Shown one piece after another: positions 12,368-24,034 of a DNA stretch of 64,000 bases. Every line of letters starts with the position of its first letter. Positions within the stretch are counted from its first letter, which is position 1. The notes under the pieces were generated by a model. That model had not been told where the DNA came from and ran no database searches. It saw nothing but the letters and a program-made list of their open reading frames with translations. This DNA comes from Squalus acanthias (lineage: Eukaryota), in the NCBI GenBank assembly GCA_030390025.1, contig CM059425.1:173044001-173108000 (forward strand), given 5' to 3'. Position numbers and translations under genes: made by a program.

Positions 12368-12659
12368 AGTCATCCAGACTCGAGTCGTCGTTGGCTTGTT
12401 CACAGATGTGATTTCCAGTTTTAAAGAAAAGTAAAAAGCTTAACCATACAGACTGCAGCATTTGACACGTTGGACCCCCTGTGACCCCACCTCATTGTCT
12501 TAGCTGTATTTTGCTGTGTCTTTGATGTAATGCCTTCCTGACTGGCCTGATTGTATTTCTGCCGAGGTGTGATGGAGGGCAGTCAGAAAGTCGTCTGACA
12601 TTGTACGCTACACATTGTTCTCTGTCTATATATGCTTTGCTGATTTGTATTCCTTCACT

Positions 12660-12696
12660 TTACCTGACGAAGGAGCAGCGCTCCGAAAGCTCGTGA
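12660..12696 (+). ncRNA. Minimal hammerhead ribozyme in the Penelope pseudo-LTR
   Basis: ttac-CTGACGA-a-ggagc(agc)gctcc-GAAA-gc-TC-gtga, with palindromic AGCT at stem III. Confidence 0.82.
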
Positions 12697-12852
12697 TTTC
12701 AAATAAAACTGTTGGACTATAACCTGGTGTTGTGCGACTTCTCATTTTTGTCCACCCCAGTCCAACACCGGCATCTCTGCATCATGGCCTATATAAATAG
12801 AGGCATAGAGTACAAAACATATGTGGATTTAATCTAGTGTTATAGATATACA

Positions 12853-13100
12853 ATCATAGAATCATACAGCACAGAAGGAGGCCATTCCGTCTGTCATGCC
12901 TATCCCAGCTCAGTAAAAGAGCTATCCAATTAGTCCCACTCCTCCGCTCTTTCCCCCTAGCCCTGAAAAATTTACCTTTACGTATATATCCAATTCCCTT
13001 TTGAAAGTTACTATTGAATCTGCTTCCACTACCCTTTCGGGTAATGAATTCCAGATCATAACAACTCACTGCGTTAAAAAAATTCTCCTCATCTTCCCAC
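12853..13100 (-). mobile_element. CR1 3' terminal fragment
   Basis: Reverse complement resembles the CR1 3' end at 9100-9326, including the tail repeat. Confidence 0.75.
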
Positions 13101-14218
13101 ATATATTACAGTAAAACTGTATCATTTAACAGGATAGTTTAGATATGTACCAGAATTCCAATTGTTTGTTTGAATATTTTTAATCTTAAAAAAAGGAGGC
13201 AGATGGTGTATATTCTAACAGGATCTATCAAAAATATAGAAACTGTCTTCAGAAGCCCGTCCAACCTTTCAAAGGATATCCAAGGTAATATAACCCTTAG
13301 CTGAAAAAACCCTGTTAAAACTGCTAGAACGTACATATCTGAAAAGGCTACAGGAAACATTTAATTCTATTTCAAAGATATTGTGGATTTGAAAAGGATC
13401 TGTTACATAATATGCAATTGGGTTTTATCTTCAACAACTCACTATGCAAAGTAACAGTGTCAGGACACTGCAGGTCACAAGAGAGTGCATTGCTTTCCCA
13501 GGTGGCTCCTAATTCACATGCAAAGTTATGTGATGGCATAGAAGTGCATAAGTTACTGGACCAATTATAATACTTTTTAGAATCCTCCTCATGCATGATA
13601 AAAAGTAACAGTTTAAAATAAAAAGCAGTAATTTTATAAAATTGCATTCCCAGCTCAGAACCTTGCCTACATAATATTGGTGGGCACAAGCTTGAATTCC
13701 CGATATGTGCTGCTGGCAGGGAAGTCTGCATTCTGGGAGCGCAATTCAAAAAAAAATATCTCTTCTGATTGATGAAGTCCCATAATCTGTGCACTTCTGT
13801 GGCATCAAGTAGCCCTGCACAAGTGACATTAGGAACCACAAACTGGATAAAACTTGCTCCACAATGTGCTTCAGAATCTTTTGGTGAGCGTGAATAGTTT
13901 GCACATCAATTTTGTCTCTCTGTATTTTTATGTGCAGCATGACTTTATAGCCTGAATATTTCAAACTCTATTATTTCAACACCAATAGTTGTCCATTTAA
14001 AATAAACCACTGGTTTTAAAATAATAGGTTGGAAAATCTGGGTTTATTTATGATGGTTTCCACCTGCCTTCTGAGGTAGCCATATTTGAAACTCCATAAT
14101 AGGGAATGTAGTTAAAAATTAAAGCCAAAGAGAGCTCAGAATACATTATTTGAATCATTTATTTAGAGCCAGTTTACATTTCCAACTTTTTATTCAACAT
14201 TTTATTTGAATACCAAAT

Positions 14219-16904
14219 GGACTAGAAATTGGATAAGGCCTGAAAACAGGCGGGGACATCGTGCAGCGCTATTTGCCCATGCTCGTTCAAAGTGGTGCAG
14301 GCAGCACGCAAAATTCGTGCTGCCTGCTCATTATAATGATTGCAGCGCTGATCTCAGCGGTAAACGTGCTGCTGATTGGCTTAGCGCACAACAGGGGAGC
14401 CAATATCGGGTGTAGTCTAATGGCCAATAAAGTTTGGCCTAGGCTCTCTACACTACTTAAAGTGGAGGTGCTTTGTTGCAGAAGCACCTCATTGTCATTC
14501 TGAACAGGGCCAGGGCCCAACAGCCAAGGGAAAGGGCAAGAAGATTTTCCGATGCAGCACTGGAGGCCTTGGTCTTAGGGGTACAAAGATGCTATGAGGT
14601 CCTCTACTGGCAGGGGGGCAGGAGGCCTTCAAGGCTAAACACCAGAAGGCTGTGGGAGGAGATCACTCAAGCCATCACTGCGATGAGTGTTGTCCCCAGG
14701 ACTGGATTCAGTGACGTAAAAAGTTTAATGACCTCACACAAGTGGTCAAGGTGAGTGAATGCATCATCAAATGCCATATTCCACCATCTGCACGACAAGC
14801 CTCACACACTGCTCAACGCATCACACCCCCATCACACCAACAATCTCTACTAATCACCACTCATACCTCACAATCATAGCTTCACCTCACCCTCACACAC
14901 TTACCACTGCTGCAAGACTTACACCCACATCTCACACCTTGCAAACACTGCCAGCTATTCAACCATGGCAGGTACATCACCCAAACACATTGCACCACAC
15001 TCACTGACACACTCATCACCCAAACACATTGCACCACACTCACTGACACACTCATCACCCAAACACATTGCACCACACTCACTGACACACTCATCACCCA
15101 AACACATTGCACCACATTCACTGACACACACATCACCCAAACACATTGCACCACACGCACTGACACACTCATCACCCAAACACATTGCACCACACTCACT
15201 GACACACACATCACCCAAACACATTGCACCACACTCACTGACACACTTCCCTTTCTCTTGCAGGCCAAGGTGGCACAATCGCCAGGAGCACCAGCAGACG
15301 GGTGGAGGGTGGGTCAGACTTCAGAACCTCACGGAGATGGAGGAAGCAGTTCTCGAAATAATTGAACAGGCAGTCACAGAGTCCGTGGTGAGCGGGCAAG
15401 TGAAAAGCATTGCTGATGCTGACCGTATGGTCATACCTAATCCTTCTTCTCACATCCCACTTCACCCTCATCCCACAATCTCTTCTCACTTACAAGCTGC
15501 TGATGGTGTACGCGTGGATATCTTGCTTCCCCCCCCGCCCCCACCACCACAACCCGAATCTTGTGCCTTTCTCCTTTTGGATACCCAATAACTGCCACTG
15601 GCCCAGCCAGTCCCTGAAGAGATTGAGAAGGACAGTGATAGAGGAGAAGACACACCGGCACTGCATCTGACACTCGCAGACACCAGGCGGGATCTGCACG
15701 TGGTGAGTTACCGAGCATGAATGGGCTGCAGCCAGGCCATGATGAAAGGGTATCTCGGGTGCCAGCTCCCCGGAGGGCAAGTTCGCACATGAGTTCTGCT
15801 GCACAAAACTCAGATGAGCCTTTAGAAGAAGGGTGATGGGCACGCGCACAGAAATGCTTGGTGCAATGGCAAGCCTGCCAGAGAGCCTCTTGGCAATGTC
15901 AAGGAGCATGGAGGGGTCCGGCTCCAACATTGCGCAGAGCTTAGAGCCCGTGATTTCCAGGATGCAAATGATGGGCAAATCCATGAGAGACCTTGTGGAC
16001 CCAGCCATGATGCTGCGTGTGATGGGCGATGTCGCAGCTTCCATTGCAGCACAGGCGGAAGCGACCCAAAATCTCAGTGCTGCAGTGGAAGCTCAGGCTG
16101 CTGCGATCGTGGCTGGGTTTACATGTGTGGAGAGGGGCTTGCATGGTCTCACAGCATTCCAGTAATATGTCCAACAACAGATGACTAGGAATGCTGAGGC
16201 GCCGCACCAGGTGAGTGCCAGTGGCTCCGTGGAGCAAGAATCTTCTGACCTCTCTCTCTCTCTCTCTTCTAGGATCAGAGTTGCTCGAGGTCGTCCTCCA
16301 AGGCCATCTGCAGTCGGAACTCATGGTGGCAAGGGTTGAGCGTTCATGATGGCCAAGTTGTGCAGCATTCAGCAGAATACCATGAAATGGGACACCTGCT
16401 CCAGCATCTACTGGAGAGCTCTTCCGAGCGGTCAAGGCAGCAGAACCGTTACTTTAGCACCCTGATGTTCCTCGTGGCAGCATGGCTGCCATTATATGAG
16501 TGCTGGCCACGAGTGGTGGGGTTGCGGAGGGGAGTCATCAGCCAGGTGTAGAGTGGATAGCCCTTGTCTCCGAGCAGCCACTGTCGGGTTTGACATGGTG
16601 GCTGGAAGATTGCTGGCACACCGGGCGGGCGCAGGATGAAGGCATCATGACTGCTGCTAGGATAGCGGGCATTCGCCATCATGATGCACTTGGTGTGGTC
16701 GCACAACAATTGCACATTAAGTGAGTGGTAGCCTTTGCAGTTGCGGAACATCTCAGGATTGGTATGCGGTGCCCGCAAAGCCACGTGCATGCAGTTGATG
16801 GCGCCCTGCAGCATGGGGAAGCCTGATATCCAGGCAAAGCCACATGTGCGCTCCTCCTGCTTCTCTCTGTTAACAGCGGCGCTAAATGCTCCAATTTCGC
16901 GGCC
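14219..16904 (+). mobile_element. Harbinger family 2, internally deleted copy (Myb/SANT gene +, transposase remnant -)
   Basis: Termini GGACTAGAAATTGG / CCAATTTCGCGGCC with an AAT TSD on both sides. Myb remnant RARRFSDAALEALV; transposase remnant GAINC..KGYHSLNVQ..LLGDKGYP at 16330-16870. Confidence 0.85.
14975..15247 (+). repeat. 39-bp minisatellite x7 in the intron of the Harbinger Myb gene
   Basis: Unit CATCACCCAAACACATTGCACCACACTCACTGACACACT; single-copy in sister elements (~17689-17727, ~45645-45686). Confidence 0.92.
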
Positions 16905-16967
16905 AATGTGTTTTCAAAATTGCATTTCAACACTGTTTTATCGGTAAGCATCAGGAAGAGAGACCTG

Positions 16968-19878
16968 GGCCTAGAAATTGGATAAGGCCTGAAAACGGGC
17001 AGTGCATGGTGCAATGCTATTTGGCTGCACCTGTTCAAAGTGGTGCAGGCAACAAGCAAAATTTGTGTTGTCTGCTCATTTACATGATTGAAATGCTGAT
17101 CTCAGCATTAAACGCGCGGCTGATTGGCTTACCGTTCAACAGGTGGGCCAATATCGGGTGCAGTCTAATGGCCAGTAATGTTTGGCCTAGTCTCTCTCCA
17201 CTACTTAAAGGGGAGGTGCTTTGCTCCAAGATATGGCTCAGCAGCAGCAGAGAGAGCAAGCCAGAAGGTCCTCCGATGCGGCTCTCGAGGCATTGGTAGT
17301 GACAGTGGAGAGAAGGCGGGGTGTCCTGTTCCTGCAGGGTGGCAGGAAGCCGTCAAAGCATACTTTGTTGTGGCAAGAGATAGCTGGGTGCGTCACGGCC
17401 AACAGTGACATGGATCCAGTGCCGCAAGATGTCTAATGACCTCACACGGTGGGTCAAGGTGAGTGAAGGCTTTAGCAAATGGCATATCCCACTATCTGCA
17501 CCACAAGCCTCACATACTGCTCAATGCACCACACCCCCAGCACTCACCTACTAACAATCTCTACCTATCACCATTCATACCTCACAATCATGGCTTCACT
17601 TCAACCTCACACACTTACCACTGCTGCAACACTCATGCCCACATCTCACACCTTGCACACACTGACAGCTATTCAACTATGGTAAGCACATCACCCAAAC
17701 ACATTGCACCACACTCACTGATGCACTTCCCTTTCTCTTGCAGGCCAAGGTGGCACAATCGCCAGGAGCAGCAGCAGACGGGAGGCGGCCAAGCCACTTT
17801 ACAGGCCTTGAGCCAACTGGAGGAGACGGTGCTCAACATCATTGGAGGGGAAGTCACCGAGGCCGTGGCAATTTGTGAAGTTGAAGCCCTTGGGGACAAT
17901 AACGGTATGCTCATTCCTAATCTTTCTTCTCACACTCACTTCCCCCTCTCTTCTCACTTACAAGCTGCTGATGCTGTATGCATGGATATCTTGCTTTCCC
18001 CCCTGCTCCCCTCACCATAATCCGACTCTTGTGCCTTTCTGCTTTCAGATGACCAAGAACTGCCACCAGCACAGCCTATCCCTTACGTAATGGAGAAGAG
18101 TGGAGATGGAGAAGAACGCACAACGTCACTGCATTTGACACTCGCAGACACCAGCTCAGAAACTGGCACTGCGCGGAATTTAGAGAGTAGTATAGATGTG
18201 GGATCTGCACAGGGTGAGGCACCGGGCACAAGTGGGCTGCAGCAAGATCAGGGGGAAGGGTAGCGTGGGGGCCAGCCCCCCAGAGGGCGAGTTTGCACAT
18301 GAGTTCTGCTGCCCATGACTCGGAAGATGACCTCGATGGGGCGGCCTTCAGAAGAAGGGTGATGGGCATGCAATAGCAAGCCTGCCAGAGAGCCTCTTGT
18401 CAGTGTCAAGCAGCATGGAGGAATCCAGCTCCGGGCTTTGCGCAGAGCTTGGAGCCAATGATTTCCAGGCTGGAAATAATCGACACCTCCAGGAGAGACC
18501 TTGTGGACCCAGCCACGATGCTGCGTGTGATGGGCGATGTCGCGGCTTCCATTGCAGTACAGGTGGAAGCGACCCAACGTCTCACTGCTGCAGTGGAAGC
18601 TCAGACTGCGGCCATCATTTCTGGATTTATGAGTCTCAAAAGGGGCTTGCAGGGTGTCGCAGCAGGCCAGCAATCTGTCCCCTAACAGATTGCTAGGAAT
18701 GCTGAGGCACCGCCCCGGGGGAGTGGTAGTGGGTCTATGGAGCTGGACCCTGCTGTCCTCTCTCAGAATGACAGCATTCGTGTTCCCACCACTGCCATTC
18801 CGCCATTGCCCTTGCCGCTGCCTGGCAGCCAGGCAGCCCAGCCAGGATAGCGGGCATTGACCATCAGGATGCGCTAGGTGTGGTCACACAACAACAGCAC
18901 ATTAAGTGAATGGAAGCCTTTGAGGTTACGGAAGATCTCAGGATTGGTACGCGGCGCCTGCAAAGCCACGTGAGCACAGTCGATGGCGTCCTGCACCATG
19001 GGGAACCCCGCTATCCTGGCAAAGCCACATGCACGCTCCTCTTGCTTCTCTCTGTTCTGTGAATTGGGAGATGTTGGCTATATCTCCTGCTGCAGACTGG
19101 AAGGGTCCGCTGGCGAAGAAATTGAGGGCCACGGTGACCTTGAGGACCACTGGGAGAGCCATGTTTACCGTGCTCTAAGGCTGCAGGTCTGGTTGCAGGA
19201 GGTGGCAGAGTTCTGTGACCACATCCTTGGTGAAGCTGAGCCTCCTAATGCACTGCTCTTTGCTTAAGTGGATATAAGAGAAGTGCTCTCTGAAGACCCT
19301 AGGTGGGTAAGGCCTCCTGTTGAGAGCCCTCGTGGCCGTCATCCTCCTCCCTTTGCGCGCATCTTCTCCTCTTCTTCGCTCCCTCCGCTCCCTCTGCTGA
19401 TGATACTCGAGCGTGAGGGGGACTGCAAATATAGCCCCCATGACTGTGAACAAGTGGTGTGAGCAGTAGCCTTTAAATAAGAATGAAGGCGTTCTCCACT
19501 TGCAGCAGGACTCCCTGTCACCTTAGGAACTTGAAACAAGTTTAGAAAGCTGCAAGAGTTGCTGATGATCCCTTTAAATAATGTTGCTGGGGGCTCCTTC
19601 CCGCTTGTGAACACTTGGTCAGCTGGTCGTAATTAACACAGACTGGTAAGTGGAGCGGCAAACTCAAAAATGGTAGATCGGGCGTTGCACGCTCACTGAC
19701 GTCACGATCTGCATAATCTACATATCCCCAGCGAGCGTGGACATCGGCAATGCTGCCGCCCAACCGAAAATGGCAGCCGCCATGGGACCAGCCGGCAGTG
19801 GGCGGAAGTGAGGCGGTTGCTATTTTTTTCTCAAAACGGGCCTTAACAGCCAGCACTAAACCCTCCAATTTCTAGGCC
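16968..19878 (+). mobile_element. Harbinger family 2, second deleted copy
   Basis: TIR GGCCTAGAAATTGG at both ends. Myb exons 17233-18850; transposase 5' part on the minus strand at 18855-19441 (RRPYPPRVFREH..., VALNFFASG). Confidence 0.88.
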
Positions 19879-19881
19879 ACA

Positions 19882-20533
19882 GGGTCCGATATTTACGAGG
19901 AACTAGGGAATGTCGGGAAAGCATTGGTCCTGGCGAATTTAACAGCAGGATCTGATTAGAATTTGTTTACTCCCTATCCCGCCCGACAGCCAGCCAGATT
20001 GAAAGCCTGCGGTACAAGGCAGTAGCCGGGGACCGCTGGGGTCGGTCCCCGACAATCGAGAAGCCCGAAGTTCGTGGGTGGAGGGGGCTCAGAGCGTGGC
20101 AGCGAGGAGGGAAGGAGAGATCACAAGCAGCGGGGGCGGGGGTGGGGCTGGAGAGATCTCGGGAAGAGGTTCCAAGAGATCGAGGGGTGGGGGAGACGGT
20201 GGCAGGTTTGCTTGGGGGGCCGGGAGGAAGCACTCCTCCTCCTCCTGGCCCACAAGCAGTGCTGTAAAATCACTTAGCTGCTGGATCTGGCAGCTGCCGC
20301 CATTAGCTACCGGGTTTCCAAATGGCTGCCAAAATCTGAGGAACGCAGCCTATATAACACATTAAAATCACTGACCCGCCTCTCCAAAGCAGGTGATTCG
20401 GCCAACCCCAAACGCGCTGCAGTTAAAGTAGAAGTAGGCGCAATTGCGGCGGGTTGGAGTCGGGTTTCAGATTTTTACCAATTTAACTCCCTTGATCCTC
20501 TCCCGCCCATCGTGGGGGGTTAAAATTCCCCCC
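19882..20533. mobile_element. Putative Harbinger-type MITE
   Basis: G-rich and C-rich imperfect termini (GGGTCCGATATTT / TAAAATTCCCCCC), flanked by ACA on both sides. Confidence 0.55.
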
Positions 20534-20641
20534 ACATTCTCTGTTTAAATTCTGCATTTAGAACATTTAGTAATCTTACCAATTATACAGCTAAAGTGGA
20601 TAGTGTATCCCTATTACTATTGTCTACACTGTGATATTTGT

Positions 20642-21388
20642 GGGCTGTATTTTTCGATCGGAGGCTTCCTGCGTGCAGAAACCTCGATCTGGAAAAAATC
20701 TACGCACTTACCTGAGGGTTCCCGAGGTGCATATAGTTCCGATGCTGGACCTCTCGAACTCCAAGTGCGCAGGGCCTACGTATCTCAGGGACGCATGCGG
20801 TTCGCAAGCGTCCCTGGGATCACGTGGGCCATGGGGAGCCTATCAAAGAAGGGAATCTCCCTTCATACACTTGACAGATAGACCTGTCAAATATATGAAT
20901 GGAGATCACCCCAAAAACACTTCAAAACATTAAATACATTTTTTTTTAAATCACATTTTTAAAATTAGTTGAAATTACAATAAATTTAATATTTTAAACA
21001 AAAATTTAATTTTTTGAAAAAAATAATTAAAGTTTTTTACAGGGCTAAAAATAAACTTAACTTTTTTAAAGTATTTTTAAATGATAAATGACTGAAAATA
21101 ATTTTTTTTTAAAACTTTTTTTCAACTCTTATCCTGGTAAAAGCAGGCCTTACGCCTGCTGTTACCAGGCGTAAGAATTCTAAAGGTTTTCTGCGGGCGG
21201 AGGGGCTCCAGGTAGCGGAATTATCCGCCCGCAGAGGCCCTTCTCTAGGGCAGGCGTCCGATCTGTCAAGAGCATTTTGACAGATCGGAAATGTCGGTTT
21301 TCAGCGCATGGGCTGTGCATGCCTGAAACCGGCATTTCCGATGTCCCTACGGGTGGGTACACAGCGTAGGGATCGGAATATCCGGGCC
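20642..21388. mobile_element. Putative non-autonomous DNA transposon with an AT-rich core
   Basis: Imperfect TIRs GGGCTGTATTTTTCGATC / GATCGGAATATCCGGGCC; CpG-rich arms around an AT-rich centre; no clean TSD. Confidence 0.5.
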
Positions 21389-21848
21389 AATATGTTCTTT
21401 TTCCTTTGTTCAATACAACAAGTCAGAGCTAGAAACTTAAATTAGCTGTTTGAAAAATTACTATTGAAACATCATAGTCTGAACTGTTAGGGGGAAAAAT
21501 TAGGTCGCGCCCCATTTGGGGCGCAAATATCGTCTGGACGCAAATATTAGCGCCTGGCGCTAATTATCGCCACTGACTGGAAACTTCACTTTTACCGCCC
21601 CGGGAGGTGAGTGGAGCGCTAAGTCAGGCGCTGCACACCTGTCTTAAGGCGCAAAGGCCGAGCAGTGAGGCGCTAACTCAGTGCGCGAGCGCAGCGCAGC
21701 TGCTGCCAGTTAGCGAGGGAACACAGACACACTGGCGCCGGCCACTTCTTAAAGCGGGGGGGGCCAACTTGCTCCCCAGCCACACCCTGCTCATTGCAGC
21801 CTTGAATCTCGGCCTGGAGAGACCTGTGAATCCATTTTGCTGCCAAGG

Positions 21849-23722
21849 ATGGAGAGGGTGAGAGAACTAGCTCATCGCTTCACCGAGCGGGCCTTGGATG
21901 CTCTGGTTGGCGCGGTGGAGCGCAGAAGATGTATGCTCTTCCCTGAGAGTGGCAGGAGGCCTTTGTCACGCGAGTTCAGAAGAGTGTGGAGGGAGGTGGC
22001 TCAGAGCGTCTCCTCCAGGAGCATGGTGCCCAGGACCCATACTCAATGCCGCAAAAAGTTCAACGACCTCACTCGGGTCGTCAGGGTGAGTGGCTTTTTC
22101 TCAATACCTCTCCATCCCTCCATCTCAACCTCACTCTATGGCCAGAGGGTCTTAAAACCCCAATGCACAACACTCATCCAACACCTATGGCCCTTTCATG
22201 AAACACACACACACATTCCACACTTTGCATACAGTAAGGGCTATTCACCTATGGGAGGCACATCAGGCAAGACCATGGCTGCATACAGTAAGGGCTATTC
22301 ACCTATGGGAGGCATATCAGGCAAGACCATGGCTGCATACAGTAAGGGCTATTCACCTATGGGAGGCACATCAGGCAAGACCATGGCTGTATATTTACTC
22401 AGATGCTGTCCTTTTTCTTGCAGGCCAAGCTGGCGCATAATAGGAGACAGCAGCAACGGACAGGTGGAGGGCGGCCTCAGCTGCAACCCCTCAGCGATCT
22501 TGAGGAGCGCGTCCACAGGATTGTGGCAAGCCGGGTGATCGGTCCCGTCGCCACTGGAGACGCCGACCCCGTTGTGGACAGCAATGGTAAGGTCATCACC
22601 TTTTTGTCCTCTGTCCTTCCACTTGTCCCTCACAACACCAGCCTTTGACACTTTCAATCCAACTTGCTAACTCGCTGCACTTATTCCTCCCTTACTGCCA
22701 CCCTGTCCTCACGCTAAAGCCACTCTTGTACCTCCCTGCTTTCAGATGGTGATTCACCAGCTGAGGAGACGGGCCCTGAAGCTGCCACTGGGAGTGAAGC
22801 TGCAGCTGAGGAGGAAGAGGAAGCCGGAGCATCAGTGCCACCCTCTCCCGAGGAAGCCCATGCCCACACTGGGAACACGCCTTCCCTGGAGGGGAGCAGG
22901 GGGGAAGGGTCTGATGAGGGTGAAGCTCCAGGACCCAGCGGGCTGCAGCAACGCCATGGGGGTAGGGAAGAACGGGGGCCTTCTCCCCAGAGGGAGAGTA
23001 TGCCAGACACTCCTACTGCAATGGACGCAGAGGAGGAGCGGCTGATCGCAGAAATGAACACCCAGGCGGTGGGCATGCACACTGAGCTCATGGGTGCAGT
23101 GGGAAGGGTGCCCGAATGCATTGAGTCACTGGCAAGGAGTGTGGAGCACTTCGCTGTAGCACAGGCGGATGCCACACTAACGCTTAGTGCTGCAATTCAG
23201 TCACTGGCTGCCGTGATCCCATCTCTGACTGCTCTCATGCAGACTCAGATTGAGGCCACGCGAGCACAGACTGCTGCCAACCTCGATGGTTCGTGCACAT
23301 GTCCCCGGGGCTGTCACCGCGCCGCAGCAGGCCAGCAATCTGTTCTCCAGCAGATTGCTCCGGATGCTGAAGTGCTGCCCCGTGGGAGTGCCAGTGTGTC
23401 GGGCAAGCAGGGAGTTGCTGTCCTCTCTCACGATGACAGCATTCCTGCTGCCAACACTGTCACTTCTCCACTGCACTTGCCACCGCCTGTAGGACAGACT
23501 GCTGCCGCCCATGCAGAGTTGGTGCAGTCTGCAGCCGGGCCCTCCAGGCCCAGAACTGGTCGAGGCCGTCCTTCAGGGGCATCTGCAGTGTCAGGGTCTG
23601 ACGAGCAGCAGCCTTCCACCAGCCTTGCTGCAGCAACTGAGGTCCCATTACGGAGGAGCAGTAGGGTTAGAAGGGGGGAAGTGCGCAAGGGAAGGAGATC
23701 ACCCTCGAAGGGCAAAAAGTAG
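21849..23722 (+). CDS. Harbinger Myb/SANT-like DNA-binding protein; exons 21849-22085, 22424-22586, 22746-23722 (~458 aa)
   Basis: Myb/trihelix motif RFTERALDALV...W.EVA...RT..QCRKKFNDL. GT-AG introns have matching phases (0, 1). Exon 2 contains TGGG; exon 3 is in frame with ORF 22835-23722. Confidence 0.88.
22226..22390 (+). repeat. 54-bp tandem repeat x3 in intron 1 of the Myb gene
   Basis: Units start at 22226, 22280 and 22334 (TGCATACAGTAAGGGCTATTCACCTATGGGAGGCAYATCAGGCAAGACCATGGC). Confidence 0.92.
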
Positions 23723-24034
23723 GAGGTGTGACAAAATGCTGGTCATTTTTTTATTAAAGGTCGAGGTTCATGGTCCAACTTTTGTTTAGTGTTTTGGATA
23801 TTATCTCCAGGTTGTGAGAACCAGTTATGTTATTGACTGTTTTTTTGTGTTTATTTCTATGAGTTTGTCATGAGGAATTGACACACACAGAGTTTGTAAA
23901 ATAAATAAGTTTCTGTATTCAAAATATACATGTTTGGTGTTTGGAATTATTGGTGCCTTGGCCGGCTTAGGGGTTGCGTGCTGGGTTCATTGATGTTGTG
24001 AGCAATGGCAGAAGCCATTTCCACAGCAGGGGCC

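Larger units (their letters stand above)
10767..12788 (+). mobile_element. Second Penelope-like (Neptune-type) family, 5'-truncated, with an inverted pseudo-LTR copy
   Basis: TSD CTATATAAATAGA at 10754-10766 and 12789-12801. 10767-11061 is a near-perfect reverse complement of 12452-12746. Confidence 0.92.

Noticed and set aside
13151..13318. Hydrophobic ORF with AG/GT boundaries as an extra TMEM232 exon
   Set aside because: The flanking exons already join in phase. Inclusion would create TG+A (stop), and I see no resemblance to TMEM232.
14965..15591. Repeat protein (SPKHIAPHSLTHS)n and its antisense Cys/Val repeat ORFs; CRISPR-like look
   Set aside because: This is a 39-bp head-to-tail minisatellite inside a transposon intron, with no unique spacers and no cas genes. 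The frames stay open only because the unit is a stop-free multiple of 3.
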